In this document: positions 19,014 through 29,104 of the stretch, piece by piece | Layout: each line of letters opens with the position of its first letter | Numbering within the stretch: position 1 is the first letter of the stretch | DNA from: Bdellovibrionales bacterium | GTDB taxonomy: Bacteria; Bdellovibrionota; Bdellovibrionia; Bdellovibrionales; JAGQZY01 | Length of the DNA: 64,000 nt | Direction: 5' to 3' | NCBI GenBank assembly: GCA_964230645.1 | Contig: CAXRHT010000003.1 | Span: 352,001 to 416,000 of the forward strand | The notes under the pieces: model-generated | Seen by the model: the letters and a program-made list of their open reading frames with translations, nothing else | Databases searched by the model: none | Told to the model about the DNA's origin: nothing | Made by a program: the position numbers and the translations under genes

Positions 19014-20241
19014 GATCTACTTTCCTTTCATTACCATCGAGTAGGTCGCCAATATGCAGACCCAGAGCTTTTAGAGATTCCACAACATTTTGCTGTCCGT
19101 CTTTTGAGGTCATAAGAAACTTGCGTTCACCTTTATTAATATCGTTCATGTCATTGTGAATGACGTAATCCACGGCGTTTTCTGTAAAGAGACTGAAAAT
19201 TGCCCGAGCCTGTTCTTCTTTACTCTCAGTCGAAGTTAGCTTAAAGCCCACAACTTTGGTCTTCTCACCAAACAGATCCTTTAAGCGCGGAAGAATTTTT
19301 TCGTTTCTCTTTAGTCGAATGGAGATGTTGTTATACTGAGAACTCATTTTTTCTTGCCCCGGTTGCACTTCTCCGTCAGGTGTTTCTATATGGGCGATCG
19401 AATAATCACTAATCGCAGCCGCATGTAGAATCATATCGAACTGGTGAGTTTGAGAGAGCGCTTTGAGTGTATTGTAAATCTCTCGAAAGCTGTCGTAAGT
19501 ATCGACCCTCACCTCACTGTTTGGTTTTTTACCAAAAGTACTGGTGAGAAGAAGAACTTGGTGTCCTCGCTCGTGCAGATAGTCCGCTAGCGTAGCTCCC
19601 GTTTTACCAGTGCTCATATTGGTGAGTGTGCGAACTCCATCAATTGTTTCTCTCGTGCCGCCTGCAGTAATTAGGATCTTCTTTACTTTTTTCTCTGGCT
19701 GTTGGCTCAGGCTTTCTTTGATAATCGACAAAGCTTTTTCTGGATCGATTAAACGACCAGCACCCATTTCTCCACAGGCGAGAGTCCCTTTCTCCGTCGG
19801 TAGAATTTTGCAACCCAGTTTTTTTAGGCTTTTTAATGATTTTTTAGTAATGGGATTTTCGAGCATTCTTGTGTTCATAGCGGGGGCTATTAAAAAGGGC
19901 TTGTTAAAATCAAATGCCAAAAACATAGAATGGAGAAGCTCATGACCGACGCCGCAAGCTAAACTGTTAACGGTTTGAGCCGAAGCAGGGTACACCATAG
20001 CGAGATCACACCAGGTGCCCACTTTGATATGGGTCATGAACTGATCTTCGAGAAAGTCATCAGTGAGTACTTTGTTGCCACTTAAAGCTTGAAGGCTGGC
20101 TTTGCCGACAAACTTTTCACTGGTTTTGGTCATCAGAACCTTTACTTCGAAATTATTTTTTCGAAGAAGCGAGACAAGTTCGCAGGCTTTATAAGCCGCG
20201 ATGGAGCCAGACAGGCATAAGAGCAGTTTATTTTTCGACAT
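18997..20241 (-). CDS. coaBC: Bifunctional phosphopantothenoylcysteine decarboxylase/synthetase
   Basis: SGSIAAYKA, APAMN, LACGE.G.GRL, ITAGGTRE.ID.VR.LTN.STGK.G, VGFK. Confidence 0.93.
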   Translation of the reverse strand: MSKNKLLLCLSGSIAAYKACELVSLLRKNNFEVKVLMTKTSEKFVGKASLQALSGNKVLTDDFLEDQFMTHIKVGTWCDLAMVYPASAQTVNSLACGVGHELLHSMFLAFDFNKPFLIAPAMNTRMLENPITKKSLKSLKKLGCKILPTEKGTLACGEMGAGRLIDPEKALSIIKESLSQQPEKKVKKILITAGGTRETIDGVRTLTNMSTGKTGATLADYLHERGHQVLLLTSTFGKKPNSEVRVDTYDSFREIYNTLKALSQTHQFDMILHAAAISDYSIAHIETPDGEVQPGQEKMSSQYNNISIRLKRNEKILPRLKDLFGEKTKVVGFKLTSTESKEEQARAIFSLFTENAVDYVIHNDMNDINKGERKFLMTSKDGQQNVVESLKALGLHIGDLLDGNERKVDHDLMS

Positions 20242-20977
20242 TGTCTATTAACCTTATGTTTTCAATCTCTACGGCAGCAAAGCGGCGAGATCCAATTTCT
20301 TTGAGGTAATCGATTTTGATTCCCTCTTCTTGCAATTTTTCTTGGGCTTCGGTGAGTTCTCTTGATTGCTGGAGAATTTCTGCAAAGCGCTGGGCTTTTA
20401 ATAAACCTTTATTGCTAAGCCTTTTATTTCGAGAACTTAAGGCAAGCCCCTCTTTTGTTCTCACGATCGGGCAGGGAACAATCTCCACATCCAAGAAAAA
20501 AGCTTTCGCCATATCTTGAATGAGAGAGAGTTGTTGGTAATCCTTTTCGCCAAAATAAGCTTTGCTTGGCTGTACGAGATTAAAAAGTTTAAGAACAACA
20601 GTCAGTACTCCATCAAAGTGTCCAGCGCGAGAAGAGCCACAGAGAGTTTTGCTAAATTTGTCCTCTGAAACACGGTAGCGATAATTATCGGGATACATAT
20701 CGATAAACTCAGGGGCAAAAAGATAATCGACTTTCAGTTCTTCTAGTTTTTTAACATCATCCTTAAAGCTGGTTGGATATTTTTCGAGATCCTCTTTATT
20801 GTTAAATTGAGTGGCATTGAGGAAAATACTGACAATGGTTTTTTCGTTTTCCTGCAACGATTTCTTTATTAAAGAAAAATGGCCATCATGGAGAGCGCCC
20901 ATAGTCGGTACAAAGCCAATGGAGCCCAAGGGGCGCATTTGTTTTTTTAGTTCGATAGGGTCTGAGATATGAATCAC
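20228..20977 (-). CDS. panC: Pantoate-beta-alanine ligase
   Basis: VPTMGALHDGH, R.GHFDGV, FGEKDYQQ, GLALSSRN, RLIDN. Confidence 0.96.
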   Translation of the reverse strand: MIHISDPIELKKQMRPLGSIGFVPTMGALHDGHFSLIKKSLQENEKTIVSIFLNATQFNNKEDLEKYPTSFKDDVKKLEELKVDYLFAPEFIDMYPDNYRYRVSEDKFSKTLCGSSRAGHFDGVLTVVLKLFNLVQPSKAYFGEKDYQQLSLIQDMAKAFFLDVEIVPCPIVRTKEGLALSSRNKRLSNKGLLKAQRFAEILQQSRELTEAQEKLQEEGIKIDYLKEIGSRRFAAVEIENIRLIDNVEK

Positions 20978-21765
20978 TGAAAGCTCTCCTCTCTACTTGG
21001 AAAGGAGCCTTTTTCGACCGCTTCAGTGTATCCACCAATAGAATCCTTTAGCCACTTTTCACCCTGAGCGAACTGTCTAACAAAGCGTGGTTTGAATTGA
21101 GTATCCATTCCCAAGAGATCTTGTAAAACGAGAACCTGTCCGTCCACATCCTGTCCAGCACCAATGCCTATAGTAGGAATAGAAAGATCGTGAGTGATTT
21201 CGGTGGCTAGTGGAGAGGGTACACATTCTAGCACCAATGCGGAGGCTCCGGCTTTTTCCAAATCAAGAGAGTGCTTCAGAATCTTCTGATAATCTTCAGC
21301 TTTTTTACCTTGTACCTTGTAGCCTCCCAACTGATTCACATATTGAGGGGTAAGGCCGACATGACCCACCACCGGGACACCGGAGTCGACAAGGTAGCGC
21401 ACCCATTTTTCTTGCCCTGGTTGTGTTTCAATTTTTAAAGCTTGTGCGCCCGCCTTCATCAATGCGTCAGCTGCGTCCATCAAGTATTTTTTTCCTTTTC
21501 TGTGGGCGAGAAATGGAAGATCAGAAACAATCAGTTTTTCCGTCTTCGCACGGGCTACGGCCGCAGTGTGCAGGGTCATCATTTCTAAGGTGGCATGAAC
21601 AGTACTGTCGAAACCATGGACGACCATAGAAAGGCTGTCACCCACGAGAAGGCAGTCCACCTCAGTTTGTCCTAAAATCTTCGCTGTCCAATGGTCATAG
21701 CAGGTGACCATTTTAATTTTACTTTTGTTGTCCTTTAATTTCTTGAGATCAAGAACGCTTTTCAT
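20974..21765 (-). CDS. panB: 3-methyl-2-oxobutanoate hydroxymethyltransferase
   Basis: LVGDSL, DLPF, GHVGLTPQ and IGIGAG..VDGQVLV motifs. GAGGA RBS supports ATG 21765. Confidence 0.96.
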   Translation of the reverse strand: MKSVLDLKKLKDNKSKIKMVTCYDHWTAKILGQTEVDCLLVGDSLSMVVHGFDSTVHATLEMMTLHTAAVARAKTEKLIVSDLPFLAHRKGKKYLMDAADALMKAGAQALKIETQPGQEKWVRYLVDSGVPVVGHVGLTPQYVNQLGGYKVQGKKAEDYQKILKHSLDLEKAGASALVLECVPSPLATEITHDLSIPTIGIGAGQDVDGQVLVLQDLLGMDTQFKPRFVRQFAQGEKWLKDSIGGYTEAVEKGSFPSREESFQ

Positions 21766-22480
21766 TATTTGTTCCTCGGTGCTCGGTGAGCTTTTCAAAC
21801 TCTTGATAAAGGTTCAATAGGGGACCTTCTTCGAGAGCCTTTTTATTGTTACGGATGGTTTTCTTATCGCCGCGATACCAAGGACCGGTGAGTCTTCCCT
21901 CTTTTTGATCGATGATATTTTTAGAGATTTGTCTAAGGTAAATGCTGAGAGCTTGGTGGGGGATGCCAAGCTCCTTAAAATAAGTTTCTAGTAAATCCCA
22001 TAATAATGTGGTGCCGTTGCCACTAAGAACACAAAGAGAATGATAGAGAGCCTTTTGTTCTTTCGGGATCTGAGTGTATCTATTTTTCATTCGAGGAAAA
22101 ATCTCACGAAACTTTTCCTCAGAGTGGGAGCCTACGAAGTGAACATTTTTATAGGTATTTAACGAATAAAGATCATCTCCGAAACTCATCAGCGGATGAA
22201 AGCCTAAAATCTTGGAGTGCTCAAAGGCTCCGGAAAAATGGATAAACTGATTGTTTGAGTTTTCGTATTTTAGATAAAAGTCTTTGATTTGATCGTCATT
22301 AATTAACAGCAAGACGTTGCGATGCCATTTTAATAGACGATGAAGTTGTGTTTGAGAATGGAGCTTACGGCACCAAATAGAATAGGGGATCGATAATCGA
22401 TCAAAATAGTGGCCCAAATGGCGCGCCACTTTTCCATCTCCAATAAGGAGATAATCTACAATTTGAGGTACCTGTCTCAT
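21749..22480 (-). CDS. panG: Rossmann-like/DUF2520 protein, probable PanG-type ketopantoate reductase
   Basis: LIGDGKVA, HFSGA, FHPLMSF, YHSLCV.SGN and LTGP..RGD motifs; first gene of the pan operon; no panE nearby. Confidence 0.75.
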   Translation of the reverse strand: MRQVPQIVDYLLIGDGKVARHLGHYFDRLSIPYSIWCRKLHSQTQLHRLLKWHRNVLLLINDDQIKDFYLKYENSNNQFIHFSGAFEHSKILGFHPLMSFGDDLYSLNTYKNVHFVGSHSEEKFREIFPRMKNRYTQIPKEQKALYHSLCVLSGNGTTLLWDLLETYFKELGIPHQALSIYLRQISKNIIDQKEGRLTGPWYRGDKKTIRNNKKALEEGPLLNLYQEFEKLTEHRGTNNEKRS

Positions 22481-22601
22481 GATCAAGTCCTTTTTCGGAC
22501 TCGAAATTTAGAGAGGGCCCCGAATTTGAGCAATGCGCGATGCGACAGAAAAGAGCTATCCCCCTGAAATTAGAGACTCGAGCCTTGAAAAAAAGGCTTA
22601 A

Positions 22602-23117
22602 ATGAAGAACAAGGGGGCTGTGAAAAAAGTGAATGTCCTTATAGTTTTAGCTCTAGTTTTTATAACCGGGGTCATGATTTTTCTCATGGTCCAAGGTGTC
22701 CATCTGAAGGAGCGCCGAATGGTCAAATGGTCATCCATTAGGTCGGTGGATGAGGGCACGGAGAAAATTGCTAACTTCTTTTTTCCAATTTTAAAAGAAA
22801 GAGATCTTATTTCTTTTGAAGGAGACTCAGAGGATCTCAGTGAGATACATGAGTCTTTTTTGAAGCGAGCTCAAGAGATCGCACCAAACACTAAAATAGT
22901 ATTAGAGCCTGAAACCTTGAGGACCAGCGCCTTCCGGATTCACGTTCGAGAACTTAATAATGACAAAGCAAAAAAGCAGTGCCAGCAAAATGAAAAAATT
23001 GGCTGTGTCATATTAAAAGCCATCAATAAGTTTCAAAAAGAGCCAAGAGACCCAAAGAAAAAATGGATCAGTCTGTATCGAATTAACGAAACAGAAGTTT
23101 TGTTTCTAGTTAAATAA
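22602..23117 (+). CDS. Hypothetical membrane-anchored protein
   Basis: N-terminal TM helix; no recognisable family. Confidence 0.55.
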   Translation: MKNKGAVKKVNVLIVLALVFITGVMIFLMVQGVHLKERRMVKWSSIRSVDEGTEKIANFFFPILKERDLISFEGDSEDLSEIHESFLKRAQEIAPNTKIVLEPETLRTSAFRIHVRELNNDKAKKQCQQNEKIGCVILKAINKFQKEPRDPKKKWISLYRINETEVLFLVK

Positions 23118-23145
23118 TATGCCAGTCAAATCAATGGATTTCCTT

Positions 23146-24540
23146 CTAGGACATATCCTCGATCATTAGTGAGAGAGCCTGTTCGTGCGCGAGAGGGCGG
23201 CGGTAGGAGCGAAAATAAGTTCGCGGCGAAATCGCTAAAAGGTCGGAAAGTTTTGGCATATAGATGTCGGCAAAACGATCCACCTGATTGGCAAAGTAGC
23301 TCTCTTCGTTACCGGCTCTCATAACTTCGCCCCATATCGGATTAAAGGCTGCCTGTGTTTCTTTTATGAGAGGAGCGATTTGATTGTCGATTTGAGTGAT
23401 AGCTGTTTGCGCTTTGGCAATTTCGGTGGAATGACTTGTGCCGTTTTCGATTTCCTCAGAAACCAGATCCACCAAGGTTTGTTCAAGAGGCACCTTTTGC
23501 AACATCAGAGTTCTGATTTTATCTTGAGAAGGCTTCACCTTCTGCATTTTTTGGATCTCTTCACCGAGTTCCTCAAGAACCAGAGCCGTTCTCCAGTTGC
23601 AGTCTTTTTTCAAGCGAACAATATCGCCATAAATGTGGTCACCAATATAAAGAATATCTTCACCACTAACTTTTAAACTTTTTTCAAGAAGATCAGCGCA
23701 GCCTCCTTGATAGACTCCCGGTTTCAGGTCGGCGTCGTAATTGGTCATAGTGCCGTTGTCAGGATTAACTTTTAGAAAGTTCAGTTTATCAAAGAAAAAT
23801 CGGGGTTTCCTAGCGCTGGTGATGGTGTAATCAAAAAGATCCATCCAGTTGTCATGCTCTTCCAAAAAGGGGTTTAGAGCATAGTCTAAAAGCGCTTTGG
23901 TGTAATGAAAGTCAGAGTTGGTGAGAATAAAAAGTTTTTTGCCATGTTTTTTATAGCGTTCAAGTCCAAGGGCCACTTCTGGTTCTTGGATGATGTAGTC
24001 TTTCATATTCTTGCGCACGATACCTTTTAAGGAATCATCGCGGTGGAGCAAGTCCATCACACCTACTAGATCTTTAAGCATATCCGGATACTCGGGGTAC
24101 ACATTGTTTTTCTCATCTTTGAGGTCCACGAGTTGAGCGTACAAAATAGCCACTGAAATAGAGAAAGCCGTGTCGATAGGAGAAAAGTCAGGAGAACCAA
24201 GATCTACGTAAGTACCGTGGTAATCTTTTTGCTGCTGATGAAAGGCGATTTTTTGAGTGCCGTGCAGAGAAGCTCGAATCGCTCCATGACGACTTACTTT
24301 TAAGAGATTACCTCTAGTGGAATCCACCACTAATCCACGAATCACAGAGTGGAAATCGATTTCCAATTTTAACACTTCATCGGGATACTCTTTTTCTTCG
24401 ACAAGTTTTTTTAACATCATTTTGTAGGCTAGAGACTCAAAGGCTACAGTATTGTAGCGGACCAGAGTGTGATCCATATCTAGGCCGATGTATTTGATCT
24501 TTCTTAAATTCAGGGTGCGGTTAACGAAGACATTAATCAT
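23146..24540 (-). CDS. HAD-IG family 5'-nucleotidase (cN-II-like)
   Basis: VFVNRTLNL, GLDMDHTL, LTNS, ARKP.FF, YIGDHIYGD, WRTAL. Confidence 0.92.
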   Translation of the reverse strand: MINVFVNRTLNLRKIKYIGLDMDHTLVRYNTVAFESLAYKMMLKKLVEEKEYPDEVLKLEIDFHSVIRGLVVDSTRGNLLKVSRHGAIRASLHGTQKIAFHQQQKDYHGTYVDLGSPDFSPIDTAFSISVAILYAQLVDLKDEKNNVYPEYPDMLKDLVGVMDLLHRDDSLKGIVRKNMKDYIIQEPEVALGLERYKKHGKKLFILTNSDFHYTKALLDYALNPFLEEHDNWMDLFDYTITSARKPRFFFDKLNFLKVNPDNGTMTNYDADLKPGVYQGGCADLLEKSLKVSGEDILYIGDHIYGDIVRLKKDCNWRTALVLEELGEEIQKMQKVKPSQDKIRTLMLQKVPLEQTLVDLVSEEIENGTSHSTEIAKAQTAITQIDNQIAPLIKETQAAFNPIWGEVMRAGNEESYFANQVDRFADIYMPKLSDLLAISPRTYFRSYRRPLAHEQALSLMIEDMS

Positions 24541-24911
24541 TAAGAACTTTTCCCCTCCACATTAAGGCCCATTTCATTCCAGGCCATCATGCCACCTTTC
24601 ATATTGTACACAGATTCAAAGCCATGATCTTTAGCAATGGCTGTGGCATTGGCCGAGCGACGACCACTGCGACAAACAAAAACCACTGTACGATCTTTGG
24701 GGATTTCATCTATGTGATCCATAAAGGTGTCAAGTGTAACAAGTTTTGAATTGGCAATATGCCCAAGCTCTCCTGTGTACTCCTCAGGAGTGCGTACATC
24801 AATGAGTTGAACTTTATCGATTTTCGCATTCACTTCGTCGGGAGAAACATCTTCGATCATATCCAACTCGGGATTGGTGTCTGCTGTTGAAAAAGTTGTG
24901 TAATCAGCCAT
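24540..24911 (-). CDS. Rhodanese-like domain protein
   Basis: IDVRTPEEY, GHI, VCRSGRRS, GG..AW. Confidence 0.9.
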   Translation of the reverse strand: MADYTTFSTADTNPELDMIEDVSPDEVNAKIDKVQLIDVRTPEEYTGELGHIANSKLVTLDTFMDHIDEIPKDRTVVFVCRSGRRSANATAIAKDHGFESVYNMKGGMMAWNEMGLNVEGKSS

Positions 24912-24996
24912 ATAAGCGCTCCTTATGAAATAACTCGATCTATCATTTTCAGTTAAGGCTTAGGGAAATGCAAAGAAAAGTGTTAGATTCTTCCCT

Positions 24997-26244
24997 ATGG
25001 AATTAACGCCTTGCCAAAGTCGAGCCATCGAGAGGCTACAAACTTCAAATAATATCTTTATCACAGGTGAGGCCGGTACGGGAAAAAGCTTTCTCATTCA
25101 TCGCTACTTGTTAAGATACTCTCCTAAGGCCACTTTGCTGGCCAGTACTGGAGCTGCGGCCGTTCTCATTGGGGGGCGCACTTTTCATAGTTTTTTCGGA
25201 TTGGGAATTTTAGAGGGCGGAAAAGCACGAACCATCGATAAGGCCATAAAAAATGGCAAACTTCTCAAGCGGCTTCGTGAGTGTCAGGAAATTATTATTG
25301 ACGAAGTTTCCATGCTTCCAGGAATTGTCCTCGACACCGCCGAAGAAATTTCTCGAATCGCTAGAGAGTCTGATGAACCGTGGGGAGGCATTCGTATTGT
25401 CGCCGTCGGAGATTTTGCTCAGCTTCCTCCTGTGAACCGCTCCGGGGGTCCAAGAGACTGGGCCTTTACTCATCCCGTGTGGCAGCGCTCAGATTTTGAA
25501 ACCTGTTGTCTTGTCACACCGGTTCGTTTTATTGACCAAGATTTTTATTCGGTTCTCAACTCCATTCGCATGGGGAAATTTGATAAAGACGCCACGGATA
25601 AACTGAATGATCGTATGAAGGGTGAAAAGCCTCAAGATGTCACCCATCTTTACCCCTGGAGAAATCGAGTGCGTGCCTTCAACCAAGACCGCCTTTCAAA
25701 ACTCGATACCTCTCTTGAAAAAATTAAGTCGGTTTACTCTGGTCAAGCTCGAGCGATCGAGAACTTAAAAAGGCAAGCCCCTGTTCCAGAAGTTTTGGAG
25801 CTTAAAGAAGGGGCTTACGTAATGATGCAACAAAATGACCCTCGCAATCGCTGGGTCAATGGAAGTTGCGGATGGGTTCGCGACATCGGTAAAGAAAAGC
25901 TCACCGTTGAGTTAGTGAATGGAAAAACCATAAAAGTAATGAAAGCGGCTTTTTCAATGGTGGATGCCGACGGCAATTTGCTGGCTGAAGTGGTGAACTT
26001 TCCCGTGCAACTGGCTTATGCCACTACGATCCATAAATCCCAGGGACAAACCTTGGACCGGGCCGTGATGCATCTAAAAGGTTTGTGGGAGCCTGGGCAA
26101 GCTTATGTGGCCTTGAGTCGCCTGCGTTCCTTAGAAGGTCTTTATTTGACCGACTGGGGTCGTGAGAGCTTTAAAGTCGATCCACAGGTTTTTGAATTCT
26201 ATCAAGAATTTCAAGGGGTTAGAGAGAAGCCCTTGGACTTGTAA
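24997..26244 (+). CDS. Pif1-family 5'-3' DNA helicase
   Basis: GEAGTGKS, ASTG.AA, IIDEVSM, GDFAQLPPV, LAYATTIHKSQGQT, GQAYVALSR. Confidence 0.9.
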   Translation: MELTPCQSRAIERLQTSNNIFITGEAGTGKSFLIHRYLLRYSPKATLLASTGAAAVLIGGRTFHSFFGLGILEGGKARTIDKAIKNGKLLKRLRECQEIIIDEVSMLPGIVLDTAEEISRIARESDEPWGGIRIVAVGDFAQLPPVNRSGGPRDWAFTHPVWQRSDFETCCLVTPVRFIDQDFYSVLNSIRMGKFDKDATDKLNDRMKGEKPQDVTHLYPWRNRVRAFNQDRLSKLDTSLEKIKSVYSGQARAIENLKRQAPVPEVLELKEGAYVMMQQNDPRNRWVNGSCGWVRDIGKEKLTVELVNGKTIKVMKAAFSMVDADGNLLAEVVNFPVQLAYATTIHKSQGQTLDRAVMHLKGLWEPGQAYVALSRLRSLEGLYLTDWGRESFKVDPQVFEFYQEFQGVREKPLDL

Positions 26245-26331
26245 TCCCTTGTATTTGTCGTCAAATTGTGTGAAAAAGTGGTCAACAAACGTTGATTAAA
26301 CCCATAGATTCCCAAAAATACGGAGGTAATC

Positions 26332-27369
26332 ATGTCGACAAATAATCCTGTAGGATTGGATGGAATGGAATTTATTGAGTACTCGGGCCCAGATGCGAGT
26401 CTCTTCGAAAAACTCTTCGATAATCTTGGGATGAAGCCCATCGCAAAGCACAAAACAAAAAAAATCACTCTTTATCGTCAAAACGATATTAACTTCTTGC
26501 TCACAGAAGAAGAGGGCAGCTTTGCTACAGACTTTTCTAAAGAACATGGGCCTTGTGCTTGCTCAACTGGGTTTCGCGTAAAGGATGCCAAGAAAGCTTT
26601 TGAAACAGCTGTAGAAAGAGGGGCTAAGCCTTACACTGAGGACAGTAAAAAATCTCTAAAATGGCCAACGATTTATGGAATAGGGGACTCTCTGGTTTAT
26701 TTTGTGGACCAGTATGGAGATAAAGGAAATATTTACGATGAAGAATTTGAGTACACAGCCGACGATATTCATCCTAAAGGTTTCGGATTCACCTATGTTG
26801 ATCATATGACCAATAACGTCCCGAAAGGGGAACTTGATAACACGGCCAAATTTTACGAAGATGTATTTGGTTTTAGAGAAATTCGCTTTTTTGATATCAA
26901 GGGTTCTGCCACTGGCCTTCTTTCCCGAGCCATGCGTTCACCATGTGAGAAAATTACTATACCTATCAATGAGCCCACTGAAGATAAGTCCCAAATTCAA
27001 GAGTATCTCGATGAGTACAAAGGGTCCGGCATTCAGCATATCGCTCTTCATACAGAAGACATTTGCGATACGGTAAAACATGTGAAAGGTAAAGGAGTAG
27101 AAACTCTTGATGTGCCTGATACTTACTACGAAATGCTCAACGACCGCGTTCCGAATATCACAGAAAGTCCGGACATTTTGAAAAATCTCCGTCTCCTTGT
27201 TGATGGTGATGACGAGGGATATCTCCTGCAGATTTTCACTCAAAATCAAATTGGTCCTATTTTCTACGAATTCATTCAGCGTAAAAACCATTACGGTTTC
27301 GGAGAAGGAAACTTCAAAGCTCTTTTTGAAGCCATTGAAAGAGACCAGCAACGTCGAGGCGTTTTATAA
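26332..27369 (+). CDS. hppD: 4-hydroxyphenylpyruvate dioxygenase
   Basis: NPVGLDG.EF.E, DHMTNNV, GIQHIAL, LLQIFT, FGEGNFKALFEAIERDQ. Confidence 0.96.
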   Translation: MSTNNPVGLDGMEFIEYSGPDASLFEKLFDNLGMKPIAKHKTKKITLYRQNDINFLLTEEEGSFATDFSKEHGPCACSTGFRVKDAKKAFETAVERGAKPYTEDSKKSLKWPTIYGIGDSLVYFVDQYGDKGNIYDEEFEYTADDIHPKGFGFTYVDHMTNNVPKGELDNTAKFYEDVFGFREIRFFDIKGSATGLLSRAMRSPCEKITIPINEPTEDKSQIQEYLDEYKGSGIQHIALHTEDICDTVKHVKGKGVETLDVPDTYYEMLNDRVPNITESPDILKNLRLLVDGDDEGYLLQIFTQNQIGPIFYEFIQRKNHYGFGEGNFKALFEAIERDQQRRGVL

Positions 27370-27372
27370 ACC

Positions 27373-28485
27373 ATGTTTAAATTGGGACAGGAGATCACCT
27401 CAGACCAGGCCATGCGATTTTCTATAGAAACAGCGAAGCTTGGAAGAGGTTTTGTCTCTCCTAACCCCCTTGTCGGTTGTGTCATTGTAGATAGCCAGCA
27501 TAAGTTTTTAGCCTCTGGAGCCCACCTGCGCTTTGGGGGCGAGCACGCTGAGATCAATGCTCTGAAAAATCTAAAAGATAAATCAAAGCTTAACGGAGCT
27601 CGAGTTTATGTTACCTTAGAGCCCTGTGCTCATGAGGGTAAGACCGGCTCGTGTGCCAAAGCCCTTTCAAAATATCCAATTAAAGAAGTTTATTATGGAC
27701 TTAAGGACCCGAATCCTCTGGTAGCCGGTCAAGGGTTAGAGATCTTAATTAAAAATGGTATCGACACCTATCCCTTTGGGAAATATGAAGAAGAATGCGA
27801 AGAAGTTTGTGAACAGTTTCTTTATCATATTGCCCATCAAAAACCCTTCATTTCCATGAAAGTAGGGACCAGCCTTGATGGCAAGATCGCTCTTGCCAGT
27901 GGTGAAAGTCAATGGATCACCGGCGAAGAAGCTAGAAAACACTCTCGAAACTTAAGAGCCCACTACGATGCCACCTTGATAGGGGCGGGGACTTTTATGT
28001 TCGATGATCCATTGTTGGATTTTAGAGGCACTGGTTACGAGCATGAGAAAAAAAATAAGGTGATCATTCTCGACCCAAAAGGTAAAGCGGCCTCGTCATT
28101 TAAAGACTCCAAAATTAATAAAAAGCATGGTCCTAAAAATGTCTTTGTACTAACTCGTTCCGAGTTTAGCGAGGCTTGGGCGCAAAACTTAGTTCACGTT
28201 ATCAATTGGGACTCTTCTAAGGACTCCTGGAACCAGGCCTTAAAAAACCTTTACAATAAAGGAATTGCCTCCGTTTTTGTGGAAGGTGGGTCTTATGTTT
28301 TTGGACAACTTTTAGAGCATCAACTAGTTCAAAAGATTTATATGTACCAAGCACCTAAGGTTTTAGGGGCCGGGAAAAGCTGGTCTGATTTTTTAAAGCT
28401 TGAGTCTCTTTCAGAGGCGAAGGTTTTTAAAAAATGGAAAACGATCCCCCTCGGTGAGGATCGACTCAATATTTTATACTTTTAA
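27373..28485 (+). CDS. ribD: Riboflavin biosynthesis deaminase/reductase
   Basis: SPNPLVGC, HAE, TLEPCAH....C, SLDGKIA..SGESQWIT, VEGG. Confidence 0.95.
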   Translation: MFKLGQEITSDQAMRFSIETAKLGRGFVSPNPLVGCVIVDSQHKFLASGAHLRFGGEHAEINALKNLKDKSKLNGARVYVTLEPCAHEGKTGSCAKALSKYPIKEVYYGLKDPNPLVAGQGLEILIKNGIDTYPFGKYEEECEEVCEQFLYHIAHQKPFISMKVGTSLDGKIALASGESQWITGEEARKHSRNLRAHYDATLIGAGTFMFDDPLLDFRGTGYEHEKKNKVIILDPKGKAASSFKDSKINKKHGPKNVFVLTRSEFSEAWAQNLVHVINWDSSKDSWNQALKNLYNKGIASVFVEGGSYVFGQLLEHQLVQKIYMYQAPKVLGAGKSWSDFLKLESLSEAKVFKKWKTIPLGEDRLNILYF

Positions 28486-28501
28486 TCTTAAAAAATATTT
28501 A

Positions 28502-28825
28502 TTATTTGTTGAGCTCAGACTGTAGGAAGGAAGAGGTTTCACCTTGATAACCTTCCATTACAGGCTTGGGAGCATCGTTATCTTGATCTTTATCCGATCC
28601 CCATTTTAAAACAGACTTAGAGCACTCCATCTCTCCTTGGAATTCACCAGCACTTCTTGGGGTGTTGGCCTGGCGGCACGCCGATTTTGAAGATGTGTAG
28701 GGATTGGCACTAGCTCTTAGCATAAGTTCACTATTAAATTCAGGAAAAGAAATTTCTTTCCCCATTTTGGCAGAACTAATATTACAGATTATTAAAGCTA
28801 AAAAAATGATTCGTAATGTTCGCAT
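28502..28825 (-). CDS. Hypothetical secreted protein
   Basis: Signal-peptide-like N-terminus (MRTLRIIFLALIICNISSA). Confidence 0.5.
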   Translation of the reverse strand: MRTLRIIFLALIICNISSAKMGKEISFPEFNSELMLRASANPYTSSKSACRQANTPRSAGEFQGEMECSKSVLKWGSDKDQDNDAPKPVMEGYQGETSSFLQSELNK

Positions 28826-28948
28826 AAAAGAAAAATAATAGGATTCGATCTGGTGGGCAATTGAAAATGGATTTATTGAAATTTATTTTGGACTGTCAAA
28901 TCGTAAGACAGTTTAGTGCTACTATATTATTTGGTTCGATCCACGATC

Positions 28949-29078
28949 CCCCTAGTAATGTTTATAATAATTTTCGCAAGGGCTCTTGTGAGCGTGATGC
29001 GTTTTCGCCCGAAGGGCGAAACACAAGCAAGGCATGGATGCCGGCCCTGGAGAAATTTATTATAAACATTACTAGGGG
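28949..29078. mobile_element. MITE-like element with terminal inverted repeats
   Basis: Perfect 22-bp IR: CCCCTAGTAATGTTTATAATAA (28949-28970) and TTATTATAAACATTACTAGGGG (29057-29078), extending imperfectly inward. Internal hairpin TTTCGCCC-GAA-GGGCGAAA. No transposase. Confidence 0.6.
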
Positions 29079-29104
29079 AGGACGAGGGCTTCGACCGAGC
29101 TCGA

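Noticed and set aside
24997..26244. Pif1 helicase as a sign of a mobile or defence element
   Set aside because: It stands alone among housekeeping genes, with no nuclease, integrase or compositional shift. Bacterial Pif1 homologues are known.
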